Shown in pieces: positions 37,676 to 52,145 of a stretch of DNA of 64,000 nt (positions are counted from its first letter, which is position 1; every line of letters begins with the position of its first letter). The stretch is from Octopus sinensis (Eukaryota): the NCBI RefSeq assembly GCF_006345805.1, contig NC_042997.1, forward strand, positions 83,328,001-83,392,000, given 5' to 3'. The notes below the pieces were generated by a model. It searched no databases and was not told the origin of the DNA. It saw nothing but the letters and a program-made list of their open reading frames with translations. Made by a program: the position numbers and the translations under genes.

Positions 37676-39405
37676 CTGAAATAAAGCAGCTACAATAAGT
37701 GTCCATCACAGAAAGTTTGAAACTAAACACTGATAACATCATAAATATCATCATCATCACCATCATCATAAGTAGCATCACTACATCTAAATATCAGCTA
37801 CACTAACAACACTGCAACAATCTTACAAATCATCACCATCATTAACAGCAGTGAAGACTACATGGCCACTCAACCAGCTAGAAAGAGCAGCTAAATCTCA
37901 TTTAATGTACACACTGTAGAATTAAAATAAGGAAGGAAGGAAACACATTGGATAAAATAGTGTTAGATACACTCTGTCTGAAAATAAAATAGGCCCTTGA
38001 TGGAATGCCTTTGATCATAAGAATTCAGAGGTCAACTGCACTAAACAACAATGCCTTCATCATCATCATCATCATTACATTTAAATAGCAACTACATAAA
38101 CAACATTGCACAATGCTTTACCCGAGTCAACAGAAGAGCCTTTATGTGGTTACTTGACCTGCTAGAAATACCAGTCAAATCTCCCTCAAATTAAACTCTA
38201 CCATCTCAGAATTTGACACATATAGGAAAAATGCAAGATGGCCATAGAATACCTTTGACCACTGGTCTGCTTGATCTATAATTATACCTTATCAATCTCA
38301 TGCTATGTTAAATGAATGAGACAGACACTCAAACATACAGAGTGGAGGTGGTAAGGCTTTTCATATGTTTCTTTATTAGTTACTTTCAGACTTTTCATTT
38401 CTTAATGATCTTGCAACAATCCTCTGCTGGCAACATTTTTCTTAATTATTACCTGGTAAAATGATCAACTGGATAAGAAACTAAACAACTTATTCTTTGG
38501 TAAAGAGTTCGAACTTGCCGCAGGATTTTTTTACTGTTTTTCAAACAGAATGCTTTATTCTGCATAGCTCAATGCACTTAGAAGCCAGAATACTACTTGA
38601 ATACATAGGCATTGCGATCATCATTTTCTTATCATGAAAACAAAGTTACACAGCAGCACTACAGAGTCTTTCTGAGACTAGCAGACACAGACATGACTCC
38701 TGGTTAACCTTTTTGATACTAACCTGCTTGAGACCACGATTGTCTCTGTGTTAAAACCTCATGTCTTAAGGTGATTTACATTAAAACCTTACATCAGAAT
38801 TTCATGTTGATTTATGTTTAAAACACTAGCTTAATAATGACAAAGTTATTTTACTAAAGTTTTCATGATATTCAAAATTATAATAAAGAAAGGTAGTATT
38901 TTTCAACAAAAGCATGTGAAGGCATGTGACTTAGTGGTTTGGGTGTTGCACTTACAAATGCTAAATCATGAGTTTGATTCCTGGATTGAGCGTATTGTGT
39001 TCTTGAGCAAAACACTCCATTTCATATTGCTCTGTGATCATTTCAACATCTGACATTTGACACACTTGTGCACCTGTCCAAGTAATGTTAACATGATGGA
39101 GGGAGTGAGCTTATGTATAGCACATACATTTGATCACTTTAACAGGGCTTTTGTGCATGTTGTTCAGCAAAAACAGAACACTCATACGTCGTTTTCAATG
39201 GGAAAGTCCATCATATTTATGATAAAATATGGTAATGAAAGGGTTAATGAGTGGAGTTACTGAGAGAGCAGCAAAAATCCCACAAAAACACCAATGTTAA
39301 GCAGTAGGATTTCAATAGGCATGAAAAGAAAACCTGAAATGCATAAAAATTTTCAAATCACAAAATAGAATGAATGAATAAAGAAAAATGTGCGATTATA
39401 CCCAC

Positions 39406-39461
39406 CTCAACGTTTAGATAAAAAAATAGATACTGCTCTCCTCCAATACTTGTCATATATT
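39406..39461 (-). CDS. SNX13: SNX13 exon, RGS (56 nt, phase 1->0): EYMTSIGGEQYLFFYLNVE
   Basis: ctttttcttcag acceptor and gtgggt donor; matches DYMQQTGGQAHLFFWMTVE. Confidence 0.94.
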
Positions 39462-39704
39462 CTGAAGAAAAAGAAAATATAATAACAATAATAATTACTT
39501 AAGCAGAATGTATGGAGAATGGCATTAATAAGTATTTCAAGTTATTTTTTCCAAACAAATTAGTAGTAGTAGTAGTAGTCATCCTACTAATTCTTTTGGG
39601 AAAAATAACTTGTAAATATCAACACTAACAACAATACACACTAAACTTTAAATTGAAGTTATGTCAAAATTCAGAAAGAAAGATTTGTTTAAAATATGAC
39701 TTAC

Positions 39705-39792
39705 CAATAAAAACAGATAGTGCAATATTGTTGTTTAAAATATCTTCTAGAGTTAAAACAAATAAATTCTGAGCTTTACAGAATTCTGGTTC
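39705..39792 (-). CDS. SNX13: SNX13 exon, start of RGS (88 nt, phase 0->1): EPEFCKAQNLFVLTLEDILNNNIALSVFI
   Basis: attatatttag acceptor and gtaagt donor; matches LDSILVDNVALQFFM. Confidence 0.93.
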
Positions 39793-39924
39793 CTAAATAT
39801 AATTTGAAAAATAAGCACACTGTTAATATAAAGTCATTGATAAATAATTACATAATATATTATTACATATAATATATTATCTCCTAATATAAAAATGTGC
39901 GTAGTATTTTTATATATTTGTGAG

Positions 39925-39971
<47 letters not shown>

Positions 39972-41265
39972 CCAAAATCATACAGTAGGGGTGAAGGGAG
40001 AGGAGAGAAAATAATAATTCAGTAAAGGAGAAGTAGTGAGAGTAATAACCATGACTGAAATGGAGTGAGAGAAAGTAATAGCAATGAGAGAGAGGAAATG
40101 GTAAAGAGAGCACCATGCATCTTCTACTACAATAATCTACTATAATAATACTCCCAACATATGAATGAGAAAGGAAGGGGTGAGCCACCAATGGAAGTGG
40201 GATGGTGAAAAGTCAATGGTGAAACAAAAATCAAACAGCGCTTCAACTCTGTGTGAGTATATGTGCGTGCGTGTAAAAGGGAGGCATGTGAATGTTTGTG
40301 TAAAATATATTTATATATTTGAGTGAGTGTATATGTATTTGTGCATGTTTATTTAGAAAGGTACATAGAAAATAGAATTATAGACACATGTGCATTTACA
40401 TATATAAACAAACACACTTAAAAAGGAAGGAAGCGGGCTGTGACAAAGTATAGAAAATGGCTGGATGCTGTTCCTAATGCCAACAACTGAGAGTGTAGTG
40501 GGTGCTTTTTAGGTGCCACTGCAGTAGTTTCATTGAGTCCCTGAGCAGTGGACTTTATTTTATAGTACCTCAGTTCATCTAGATGATGATAATAAATACC
40601 AAAAGCCAATTGGGATTGTTACTTGTAACACACTAGCATCTTATTCAGGGAAGGAGATATATTTTTCATACATGAATCTAAAGTTAAATACCTGCTTACA
40701 AGGTCCCTCAAAGGGTGAAGAACACAAGCAAATCAAATACTTGTTAGCTGTAGTGTGACACAACTGCTTACAATAGTGAGATTTATTATCCTGAGATATC
40801 TAGTTACAGAAGAGAGCTTAAAATATTTTTGCCAAGAATATAACAAAGTGCTGGACTACATGTAAATCATATAGACTACACATGTTTGGGTCAAGAAATA
40901 AATTAAAGGAGAATGGAAAGCACATGCATTGTAAATAGCTACCCACATACATACACATGCAAACACTGAAAATATATATATTTCACACACAAAATGTAGA
41001 TAATTTATGTTGAAAGAACTACGTCTTTAAAGAACATAGCCAGTCTGAAGGGAAGCAAGAAAATTCTGCTGATGTGTATACATTAAGTTAGAATATTTTA
41101 ACAGAATGATGACCATCATCTAAGCATGTCATCCATTCATATTCGATATAAAAGTAATTTTAAAATGGCATTCACTGAACTGAGATACTAAAATTGATAA
41201 AATTAACACAGGCAAAAACTTGACAAACATTGTTAATGAATAAAACCAAAAATAATTCAGCTTAC

Positions 41266-41375
41266 CTCACACTGAAGATCAGAGTCTGTCTGGCCAGCCA
41301 AAAGACAATTCATTCTAGTATCACACATGCTCTGAACAAATCGTAAACTATTTAGATTTTGTTTTATCACAGTAT
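41266..41375 (-). CDS. SNX13: SNX13 exon (110 nt, phase 1->0): DTVIKQNLNSLRFVQSMCDTRMNCLLAGQTDSDLQCE
   Basis: ttactttgtag acceptor and gtaagc donor; matches IKNQINSLLFVKKVCDSRIQRL. Confidence 0.93.
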
Positions 41376-42793
41376 CTACAAAGTAAATTTAATTTGCATT
41401 TGGAACTTTTCCTTCATGGAAATATATATATATACAGTCATACATGAGGATACATTTAAAAGAAAGAAAGGAAACAAAAGCAGAACTATAATTAATTTGT
41501 TTGGGTTTTCTTTTTTAATTAATCTTAGTAACATAATTTTAGTTGTGTAGTAGTTTAAGAGCATTCAATGAAAAAGAAATAATGTAGCAGAGTTTGGACA
41601 AAAACAGATTAGAAATTAGCATGAAGAGAATTTCATAACTTTGATTTTTGATAACCATTAGAGTATTGATACCTTAAAATTTCCACAAACTGTTTAGAGC
41701 AATGAATTTCTAAAGATATTTATTAATTATCATTTCTGTATCACTTCAGAAAAAAAAAATTGATCAAATAAAAAGGTTCAATAGAATACTATAGGATATT
41801 AATCCAATTTGTGTTGAAGTCTGTATCTTCATTTTACACATGGTTATCTGTGTGAAAATCAAAGGAGAAATGGCAAAAGACCAATAAAATGATACTCATC
41901 AAATCAGTACACTCATCTACAATGTTAGTGTGAAATTAACAAAGATGTAACGAAGCTACTTGACACACACTTGTTTTGAACTTTTTTGAAACATGATCAA
42001 TTCATTGTTATGATTAATGAACAACACTGTATTTAGAAGAAAAGGTTTTAAATATTCTGCTTGTAATTTCAGGAATTGTGATTAATTAAAGTAGTTTTAA
42101 GTGTTACATAAAAATAGATGCAATTGATAATGTGTCTTAAGGTTTATTTGAATAAGGTATTAGATACACCATCATCATCATTTAGCACCTGTTTTCCATG
42201 CTAGCATGGGTAAGATGGTTTGACTGGAGCTAGTAAGCCAGAGAGCTGCACTAGGTTCCAGTTTGTTTTGGCTTGGTTTCTATGGCTGGATGCCCTTCCT
42301 AATGCCAACCACTCCAGAGTGTACTGGGTGCCTTTTACGTGTCACTGGCACTGGCCACAATTATGATAGATGTAACTATAAACCTTTATAGAAACAGACA
42401 ACTTAGTGGTTAATAATCATGCATACAAGTAGAGATGAGCTGTATTATCAATGGGGTCATTCTAGATACCTTAGCACACCAGCTTATAATGAATTTTAAA
42501 ATTCTAACTTATCGAAACTTAGAAGGGTGGGAAAGATATTCTAAAGATGAATGCAGAATTGAAACTTGAAAATCATAGTAACCGACCACTATCTGGCAGT
42601 CATAATTAAAATCAAAAAATGTTTTAAATGTACCTTTATTTAAGCCCATTGTAGACTGTATCAGTTTTCTTTAAGCAATGATATTAACTGCTTTATGCAC
42701 AAAGCAGACATGCCTTAAAATATTTAGTTTGGAACCACAGAATTCTACATTTATAAAAAAAAATTCAGGAATAAAAGCAAAATATTAAATTAC

Positions 42794-42935
42794 CATTTGA
42801 GCCTCCTGTATCTTTGCTTCGCCATCGTGCAATGTCATGGTTAACCATTTCTTTCACAGCTTCTAGTTCCTCAATGGAATCTGTCGTCTTTATCACAGTC
42901 ATGAACGTGTCATTATTAAATGTAGCTTCTTTACA
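42794..42935 (-). CDS. SNX13: SNX13 exon (142 nt, phase 0->1): CKEATFNNDTFMTVIKTTDSIEELEAVKEMVNHDIARWRSKDTGGSN
   Basis: ctttatgttatag acceptor and gtaatt donor; matches AFMNIIKLSDNIGELEAV...RSLDTAGD. Confidence 0.95.
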
Positions 42936-43354
42936 CTATAACATAAAGAAGACACTCATTATAGTGTACCACTGTTAGTACAAGATTTTCTGCTTTACAT
43001 TCATGACATTTTAGCCTATTAGACTACATCAATACACCAGTTAATTATATGGATATTCTTCCATTAAAAAAAAAATGTTAGAAATGAATAAGAATGATTT
43101 TTTCCTGAATTGAGCATTCCAGAGAAAGAATAAAAAAAAACTTCATATGATGTAACTTATTAAGATCATCTTCCTATCAAAAAGTCTTCATCAGATCCAT
43201 AAACTATACATTATAAAAGAATCAGACACTAATGTAAATAAAAGTAATATGCACCAATAATAATTATATTCAAGTGAAACTACTGGAAATAATTGGCTAT
43301 ATAAATCTCTTTCAAATGTTCTATATAGTTTCTCTTTAAATTATCAACATGAGA

Positions 43355-44180
43355 GGTGCAGGCATGGCTGTAACGTAAGAAACTTGCTTCCCAACAACAT
43401 GGTTCCAGGTTCAGTCTTTGTGTGTGGTACCTTGGGCAAGTATCTTATACTATAGCTACAGGCTGACCAAAGCCTTATACTCTTTTTACTTGTTTCAGTC
43501 ATTTGACTGCAGCCATGCTGGAGCACCACCTTTATAGTCGAGCAAATCGACCTCAGAGCTTATTCTTTGTAAGCCTAGTACTTATTCTATCGATCTCTTT
43601 TGCCAAACCGCTAAGTTATGGGGATGTAAACACACCAGCATCGGTTGTCAAGCAATGCTGGAGGGACAAACAGACACACAAACATATACACACACATTAT
43701 ATATATATATATATATATACACACACCACACACACACACATATATATGACGGGCTTCTTCCAGTTTCTGTCTACCGAATCCACTCACAAGGCTTTGGTCA
43801 GCCTGAGGCTAATAGTAGAAGACATTTGTCCAAGGTACCATGCAGTGGGACTGAACCTGGGGCCATGTAGTTGGTAAGCAAGCTACTTACCACACAGCCA
43901 CTCCTGTGCCTTGTGAATAGATTTCGTAGACAGAAACTGAAATATGCATGTATCTGTGTGTGTGTGTGTCTTTATGTATGTGTGCCTTTGTGTCTTGTTT
44001 GTCCCCCATCACTGCTTGACAACCAGTGTTGGTGTGTTTACATTCCTGTAACTTATGGGTTCAACAAAGGAGATGGTAGAATAAGTACTAGGCTTTAAAA
44101 AATAATAAGTCCTGAGACTGATTTGTTCAACTAAAGAAACCCCTTCAAGGTGGTGCTCCGGCATGGCCAGTCAAGTAACT
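43355..44180 (+). mobile_element. SINE family A (plus) interrupted by a full-length antisense family A copy at 43477-43910
   Basis: Host head at 43355-43476 resumes near 43908 after GCCTT; the inserted copy has an intact head, microsatellite core and tail. Confidence 0.88.
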
Positions 44181-44819
44181 GAAACAATTAAAAGATAAAA
44201 GATGATATACAATCAAAATAATTTTATACAGTAACAACTGTAAGAGCCTTTAGCTGTTAAAGTCAAGAAAAAGTTGAACTAATCTAAAGAGTTAAAAGTT
44301 CTGGGTTTCTAGTATTTTAAATTGGTAAAACCAAATCGTTAACTGACTAAACTTTTAAACTTTGGGAACTTTACATAATTCATAGAAAACAGTAGACAAA
44401 AACCACAGTACATGTGTTATTATACCCCCCATTCCACGACTACTTACCTAGACGAAATAAATCTGTAACACAAAATATCTTCATTTGTCTTGACTGTACC
44501 CCATTTTTACCCAGCCCAGTATAACCTTACTACTGCTTTTAGATCACACTGTCAACAGCTCACTTAACAAGCATCCCCTGGTTGCATTTCATTCCAATTT
44601 CGTTATTGATGTCTCTCAGAGTCATCCTTTGTCCCGTTTCTATCACTGCACTGCAGCCATGCTGGGCACTGTTTAATTGAACAACTTCACCTCCAGTACC
44701 TATTTTTACAGTTTGGTACTTATTCTATTGGTTACTTTTGTTAAACTGCTAAGTTATTAGGAGTATAAACAAACCAACACCAGTTATCAAGAGCTGGGCA
44801 GACAGACATAAACACAAAG

Positions 44820-44852
<33 letters not shown>

Positions 44853-46390
44853 AATATACACACATATATATTTGATGGGCTTCTTTCAGTTTCATTCAAC
44901 CAAATCCACTCACAAGGCTTTGTTCAGTAGGGGCTATTGTAGAAGACACTTGCCCAAGGTGTCATGCAGTGGGACTGAACTTGAACCCATGTGCTTAGGA
45001 AGCTGGGAACCAAACTCTTTACCATATAGCCATGTCCGCATCTATTTGAATAAAAATATTTACCTATTATTTTTTTATGACTCATTATCATAATTATGGG
45101 CCCATTTTGTTGGTTAATTAAACAACACAACAAATACATTGTGAATGACTCTTTTCAAGGCAAGCATATGTTAGCATATTGTGAATACCAAAATAATATT
45201 GGAGATAATCTTCTGGCAAATTGAGTGTGTGACCAGAATTTAATTCATAATTGTGACTATTTTTGTTCACAAACTTTTTATTTTAATACAGCGGAAAAAG
45301 CATAAGCATCACAACACCCAACATTACTCCTAAGCTGATATCACTTATGAAAATTCAGACAACACAATGGATAAATAGCTGCCCTTTCATAATTTCAATA
45401 TTTCAAGTATGTGTGTATTTGAAGTAAGACATTTTTGTGAGCTTCAATTAATTCAAACCTAGGTGATTCTTATTAATCGTTTGTTAACAAAAAGTACTTC
45501 ATACTGTGATGCACTTACACCAAGGTTGTTAGCTTGCTATGCTTGATATTCTCTTTCACCCTGGTCCTCTTGATATTTAAGGTGAGAAAAACTTTAGAGT
45601 GAGAAAAAATTATTTTCAAAGTGATCACAAACATTCGCTAATTTCCTCTATTGTCCTACAATAGGTGAAAGCAAGGCTGTATGATTAAAAAGTTTGCTTT
45701 GTAGCTACATGATTTCAATTTCAATCCCACTACATAGCACCTTGAGAAAGTGTCTTCTGTATAACCGAGGGCCAAGTGGCGCCTTGTGAGCAAAATTAAC
45801 AAACGGATTCTGGAAAGAAACCTTTGTGTATGTATGTATGTACACGTGTATATATGCATGCAAGTAAGTGTTTGCATGTGCACAGGTCTCCTTGTTTTAA
45901 GGTCACAAACATCACTATCATACAAATGGTGCTGCTGTATACTATATTCCATGAAAAAGAAGTTCAAACTAAGGGAAAATATCACTTTGCTTGGAAACAA
46001 GAGATGGTTTATGATGGGAGGAGCATCTGACTATAGGAAATTTGCCTCAAATTTCATCTGATTTGTGCAAGTATGGAAAAGTATATTAAAACAATGACAA
46101 TCGTGTTTGTACTCTGCCTTCAATGCTTTCTTCATGTTTTTACATGTATTATCTAACACTAGTATCAATGGAACTATTTTGAATATTAAGCAGATTTTAC
46201 TTTGAATTGTTAGTATAAATAATTTGAGCATGTACAACACAATCATTAAATTCAGTTATTCTGTGGGAAAATAAAAGGTCTATGTTGAAGGGCTTATGCT
46301 ACACAGTAATTGTGTCAACACCATTAAATTAACAGCTGCTACAAAATGGAAGATAATCTAGTTTATGAAGTTGAATAAGTGACTACTTAC

Positions 46391-46474
46391 CAGCCATGAC
46401 AGGCTTTGATTAATATAATCTGGGTCAGATAATAAATCTACAGCTGGTATAAATATTTCATTTACTAACACTTC
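46391..46474 (-). CDS. SNX13: SNX13 exon, end of PXA (84 nt, phase 0->0): EVLVNEIFIPAVDLLSDPDYINQSLSWL
   Basis: ctcattcacag acceptor and gtaagt donor; LSDPDYINQ motif of SNX13/14/19/25 PXA domains. Confidence 0.96.
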
Positions 46475-48284
46475 CTGTGAATGAGAAAAGATGCACAAAT
46501 GAAATCTTTATAAAACTTGAAATTTGAAAGAAAAAAATCTGCAAGCTCATCTCTCAATATGCTTCTTCAATATTATATAAGATAAGGGAGATTAAAATGA
46601 CAGAATCAATAAAATACAGGAATATAAACTGCAACTCTGCCTGCCACTTCAACCTGTTTTTTTCTAACAATTCAGTTGGAATCATGAATTTCCCCTTTCA
46701 TCCCACTGCAACTGTTAAGTCCCAGCACCAGGTATGTACTAGATTTATTCAACTGACTATGCCTCTCCTCTACAAACCAGTGGCCTAGTGCCAACTTAAA
46801 AAATTAATATTACAGACAACTAAAATGTAATAAAACTATAAGCTCTGAAATTTAAGGCTGATTTTTTCTTTAGCAGTACATTTATGGTATATTTATAATT
46901 TCAAATCATGTTATATCATTTTTCTATTCCAGCAAATGTTGTACATAAGGATGCAGGCAATTGTTTTTATGAGTTAGTCAAGGGAAAAGGTGAAGTGCTC
47001 CTGAATTTGCAGGCCCTCTACAACTGACAACCAACTTGGACAACTAAGGGAAAAATGTGGATGTAACAAGGAGTTCATTCCTGAATGCTTGTAACAGGGT
47101 GAACTCCACCAAAGGTAGTCATGGAGTAAGTGGCGTTGCTAAACAGGGCTGCAGTTAAAGCCTAACAACTCAATACACTATAATCTATATCCATTCGTAA
47201 AAATTGTGTTGCATCCACAGATTGAACTCAATTTCTTTTTATCTATTTGGCTCGCCATTTATTCACAGATATCACTGTTAAGGAAATGTAACAAGTCGTT
47301 ACCAAACAAAATGAAAGGTTGTTATGATCAGGTGAAATATAATATCATCATACCTTTACTAAACTACTTTTCAATCAAATTATATACAAACACACCACTG
47401 AAGTATTGAAGCTATGAGATAATGTGTGATTAAATCAAAACAATGTAAATAAATAAGCAATGCATTTGACAAAGAAATATGATTGGTAAAGGGTTAAAGT
47501 GATCCAAATTAAAAACCTTCAGGCAAAATCTCATGTTAAACTATGTTCCAAACATCAGCTTAATAATGACAGTTATTTTTACCAAATTCTTCCTTATTAT
47601 CAAAATTAATGGAAACAAAAGCAGCAAGTTTCAACAGAAATATAGTAACAAAGATATTAAACTCATTAATCAATTCTTTAATCTACACAAATTCGATATG
47701 ATCTCTTTAATTGTATAATTCATGAAAAATAGAAAGAGAGCTGTTGTTGTTGTTTAGCCTTATGTCAGATCACTGAGTAGGTCACAGTTTAAATGCATTA
47801 TATTCTGTCTTTTTGTATACCAATGTCTGCATTGGTTGTTATTTCTAGTAGACTGAGTGACTACATAGATGCTCTCTCATTTGGCTCAAGGTAATTTCTG
47901 TTGATTAGTAGACTCAATTTTTTTTCGCTACTTTCGTGGGCTCCCATGACTCTGTCACCATCCAATTCCATTATTATGAATTTGAAGTTTGAGTCATAGT
48001 GAATCTTTCATTGGCTGATTACATAGTCATGGACACCATCCCTATGGATGCATTGCAGTTACTCTCTCATAATAAAACTTGGTGATCTAGGATTCCTCCA
48101 CTCAGCATCAACGTGAGAAGTACTATTGGCTCAGATGAGCTCTTCCACTACCTCTTCGCAATTGGCCATGCTGCCCATAACTTCACCATATCCCTGGCAG
48201 GGTAGCTAAATGGCTGTCTGATAAAGTACATCCATAGTTTGTAACAATTCAGAAACTTGGAGATGACCCAACCCACTGAAAATA

Positions 48285-49559
48285 TTGGGTTGGCAACTAA
48301 GTTCCCGCTGTTTTTTCAAATTTTGTAATTTATTGTGTTTTTAAATTTTGGAATCTATTTTCTTTGAGAATTCTATTTTTGAATCATTTTGGAATCTATT
48401 TTGTTTTTTCTTTTCTAGTTAATTTTAGTTCATTTTCTGATCATTAAACTGGAATGTCAAGTTAAGAAAAACAAGCATTTTCAACACTTCCTTCTTTTTG
48501 CTTTTAATCAAGGTTCTAAGGCCGTAAAAGTTGCTCGCAACATTTGTGATGTGTGTGGAGGGGGTGCCATAGCTGAAAGAACTGCTCATGATTGATATGC
48601 CAAGTTCAAAAATGGAAATTTTTACCTCAAAGATGCACCTTGTTCTGGCCGTCCAGTTGAGTTCGATGAAGAGCGATTAAACCAACTTTTGCACAAAAAT
48701 TCTCATCAAATGACAGAGGAACTGGCAGAGAAAATGGAATGCTCCCACATTGCTATAGAGAAGCATCTTCATTTGATGGGAAAGGTTCAGAAGTATGGAG
48801 CATGGGTTCCACATGCTTTAAGTAACAGCAACAAAAATCAATGAGCCACAATCTTTACTTACTCGTCACTGCTCAACTCATAGAAACAAGCAACGATTTC
48901 TTTGCTGAATCGTTACTGGCGATGTAAAAATGGTGCCTGTACATCAATATGAAACAGCGTAAGGAATGGCTTAGCCCCAGTAAACAAGCGACACTGCACG
49001 TGAATAACGATCTTCAACCGTGTAAAACGGTGTTGTGCATATGGTGGGACTGGGAAGGGGTTATCCATTATGAATTACTTGAATGGAACCAAACGGTCAA
49101 TGTGGAACTCTATGTTCAACAGATGGAACGACTCAACACAGCTGTTCAAGAGAAAAAAGCTAATCGGCAGCATGGAGTTCTTCTGCTGCATGACAATGCC
49201 CGCCCTCATGTCACCAATATGATCAAGGAAGCCATTCAAACGCATGGCTGGGAAGTGCTGCCACACCCGCCATACTCTCCTGATTTGACACCAACAGATT
49301 TCCACCTCTTTCGATCTCTTTCAAAATGCTATGCACACAGTTTCGTTCAATACTGATGCAGAATTGAGAGCTTGGTTGGATCAATTTTTCCAGTCAAAAT
49401 CAGGTGATTTCTACCAACAAGGTATTGAAAATCTTGTTGAATGTTGGGAAGAAGTTGTAAACAACAAGGGTAAATACATTATTGATTCATTATTTGTTAT
49501 TTTTTGTTAAACCTTTTAAAAAGTTTTAATTTTAAAAAACTGCGGGAACTTAGTTGCCA
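48285..49559 (+). mobile_element. Full-length degenerate mariner element (third family)
   Basis: TIR TTGGGTTGGCAACTAAGTTCCCGC; WVPHAL, LCIWWDWEGVIHYELL, LLHDNARPH and HPPYSPDLTPTDFHLF. Confidence 0.93.
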
Positions 49560-50067
49560 TCTTCACTTAACTAAATATTTTCTTATCATTTTGTAATTGT
49601 TTGTCTGAGATAAATATTATTGTTAAAACAAGAGGCATTCTAGTAACAGAGTAGAAGATAAGGACAAAGCTCCTTTGTCATCAATCAACCTACAACCATA
49701 TCTATTGTCTTAAATATTTGAATTTTAAGGTTTTAGTGCAGGATTGCATTAACTAAAAGGACACCATTTATCATTGGTGGCAAAATGTTCTTGAGCTCTA
49801 TCTTAAAAACAAACTAAACTAGGAATGATCTTTAATACAAACATTGCATAAAGAAAATTAAATAATCCTAGTTAGTGTCTACTTCAGATCTAAAATTTTT
49901 TGCAGGGCATACAAATTATAACATTATCATAAAACAGAAAAATTTGAAGAAAAGATAAAATCAGACAATAGGAAATGGAGATAAATTGAAAGTAGAAAGA
50001 AAATGAAGTTCATAACAAAAATAATAAAATAAAAAATAATACTGAAACTACTTTCAAACTTACTTAC

Positions 50068-50156
50068 TCTAATAATATATCTAAATGATTTGTTTTGAAA
50101 ATCTTCTTTTGGTAAAAGTAAATATAATAAAACTTCAGAAAGGTTTCTTAAATATC
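50068..50156 (-). CDS. SNX13: SNX13 exon, PXA (89 nt, phase 1->0): RYLRNLSEVLLYLLLPKEDFQNKSFRYIIR
   Basis: ttttacttccag acceptor and gtaagt donor; matches FLRDLCEVLLYLLLPPGDFQNKIMRYFVR. Confidence 0.96.
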
Positions 50157-51811
50157 CTGGAAGTAAAATTAAAAGAGTTCATATTAGTGAAACATCCCAA
50201 TTATTTAATTCAGAAATAGACAATATAATATAATATATACAAAAAAACAACAAATGATCACAGCAGTGACTATGAAGGTCATAGATGTGATGATGATGGA
50301 AGAGGCAGGATTTTGTTTGAGATTTCTAATTCAGCATAGGCTGGAATGGCACACAATAGAGCATCTTTCAATATTTTAATCCATCAAAAGCATCAAGCTG
50401 GCAGAATCATTACTGCCCTTGCAAAAATTCTTAGAAACATTTCTCTCAATTGTATATTCTTAAGTTCAAATGTTGCTGGGGTCAACTTTGCCTTTCATCC
50501 TTTTGGAGTCAATAACATAAGTACCAGTTGACACTAGGCTTGATGTAACTGACTTACTCTATGCCCCGAAATTGCTGGCTTTCTGCCAAAATTTGAAGCT
50601 AATATTTTATTCCATCTCTATTGGTTTGAGCAGAAGTATATTATTTCTTGTTTTAGAACTATGACTGTAGGTATGGCTGTTTGGTAAGAAGTTTATTTCA
50701 CAACTAAATGGTTCTGGGATCAATCCTACAGTGTAGTACTGGGCAAGTGTCTAATATAACCCCAGGCCAACTAAAGCTTATTGAGTGGATTTGGCAGGCA
50801 GAAACTGAAAAAAGCCTGTTGTATTGTGTATGTGTGAAGGCACAATGACCCAGTGGTTAGGGCAGCAAACTCGTGGTCATAGGATTGCAGTTTTGATTCC
50901 CAGACCGGGTGTTGTGAGTGTTTATTGAGTGAAAACACCTAAAGCTCTACGAGGCTCCAGCAGGGGGTGGTGGCAAACCCTGCTGTACTCATTCAGCCAC
51001 TTGCATGTTAATTTCATGAACAGGCTGTTCTGTTAATTGGATCAACAGGAACCCTCGTTGTCGTAACTGATAGAGTGCCACATTATTGTGTATGTATATG
51101 TATGTGTGTGTTACTATCTCCTTACTTTGACATCACAAAATAGTTGTACATGAGTGTCAACAATCTTCTGAAAAAATACATCTGGTTGTGGGGAAATATT
51201 ATACTAGGAAACAGATGAAGGTTAGTGATATGAAAGGCATCAGTCTATAGAAAAATCTACCTCAATAAATTCTGTCCAATCCACACAAGCATAGACATTA
51301 AAATGATGATGGTAATGACATTCCTCTTCTATTACACACACACACACTCTCTCTCCTTCTTTCTGATGCTGGTAAACAGACCATGACATACAGAAGAGTT
51401 CTTTAGTCTTGCTAGGTGAGGAGGTGAGAGGAGGACAAGATAATCTCTCTAGTGCAGATATGACAATAAAATGTACCTATACACAAAATAAAGCAGTTGG
51501 TGACAGAAAGAACATCCCGCTATAGAAACCATAAAAAATATACAACTTATGAGCAAGCAGTGCACTCCAATCTTATAGACTAGTAACTCTAAATAAGAAC
51601 TGATTCAATCTTTGACAGCATATCCAACCCATGCCAGTATCTTCATTGTAAGCCAGCACAAGAAAAGCTGTGTGGTTCAGTTAAGAGCCTTCTTCCACTT
51701 CTCTCTCCAACTCCATATATAGGTTATATTTTGGATGACCATACCACCTTCACTATAACCTCTGATCTTGTATTGATGCAAAATAAATTACTAACTTGTA
51801 GAACAGTAGTG

Positions 51812-52145
51812 AAGGTGCATTGCACAGTGGTTAAAGCATCAGGCTCACAATCATGTGATAGTGACTTTGATTCCAGGACCAGGCTGTGTGTTGTGCTCTT
51901 GAGCAAGACACATTATTTCACATTACTCTTGTTCATTCAGCTATAGAAATAAGTTGCAACATCACTGGTGCCAAGCTGTATCAGCCTTTGCCTTTCCCTT
52001 GGATAATATCAGTGGTGTGAAGAGGAGAGGTTGGTATGCATGGGCAACTGCTAGTCTTCCATAAACAACCTTGCCAGACTTGTGTCTCAGAGGGGAACTT
52101 TCTAGGTGCAATCCCATGGTCGTTCATAACTAAAGGGGGTCTTTA
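51812..52145 (+). mobile_element. tRNA-derived SINE family C
   Basis: tRNA-like A/B boxes (agtggttaaagcatc...tttgattcc) followed by a cttgagcaagacac core; fragments at 308-436 and 38890-39280. Confidence 0.75.

Noticed and set aside
50838-50915. tRNA-like sequence
   Set aside because: Degenerate SINE head followed by a SINE body, not a tRNA gene.
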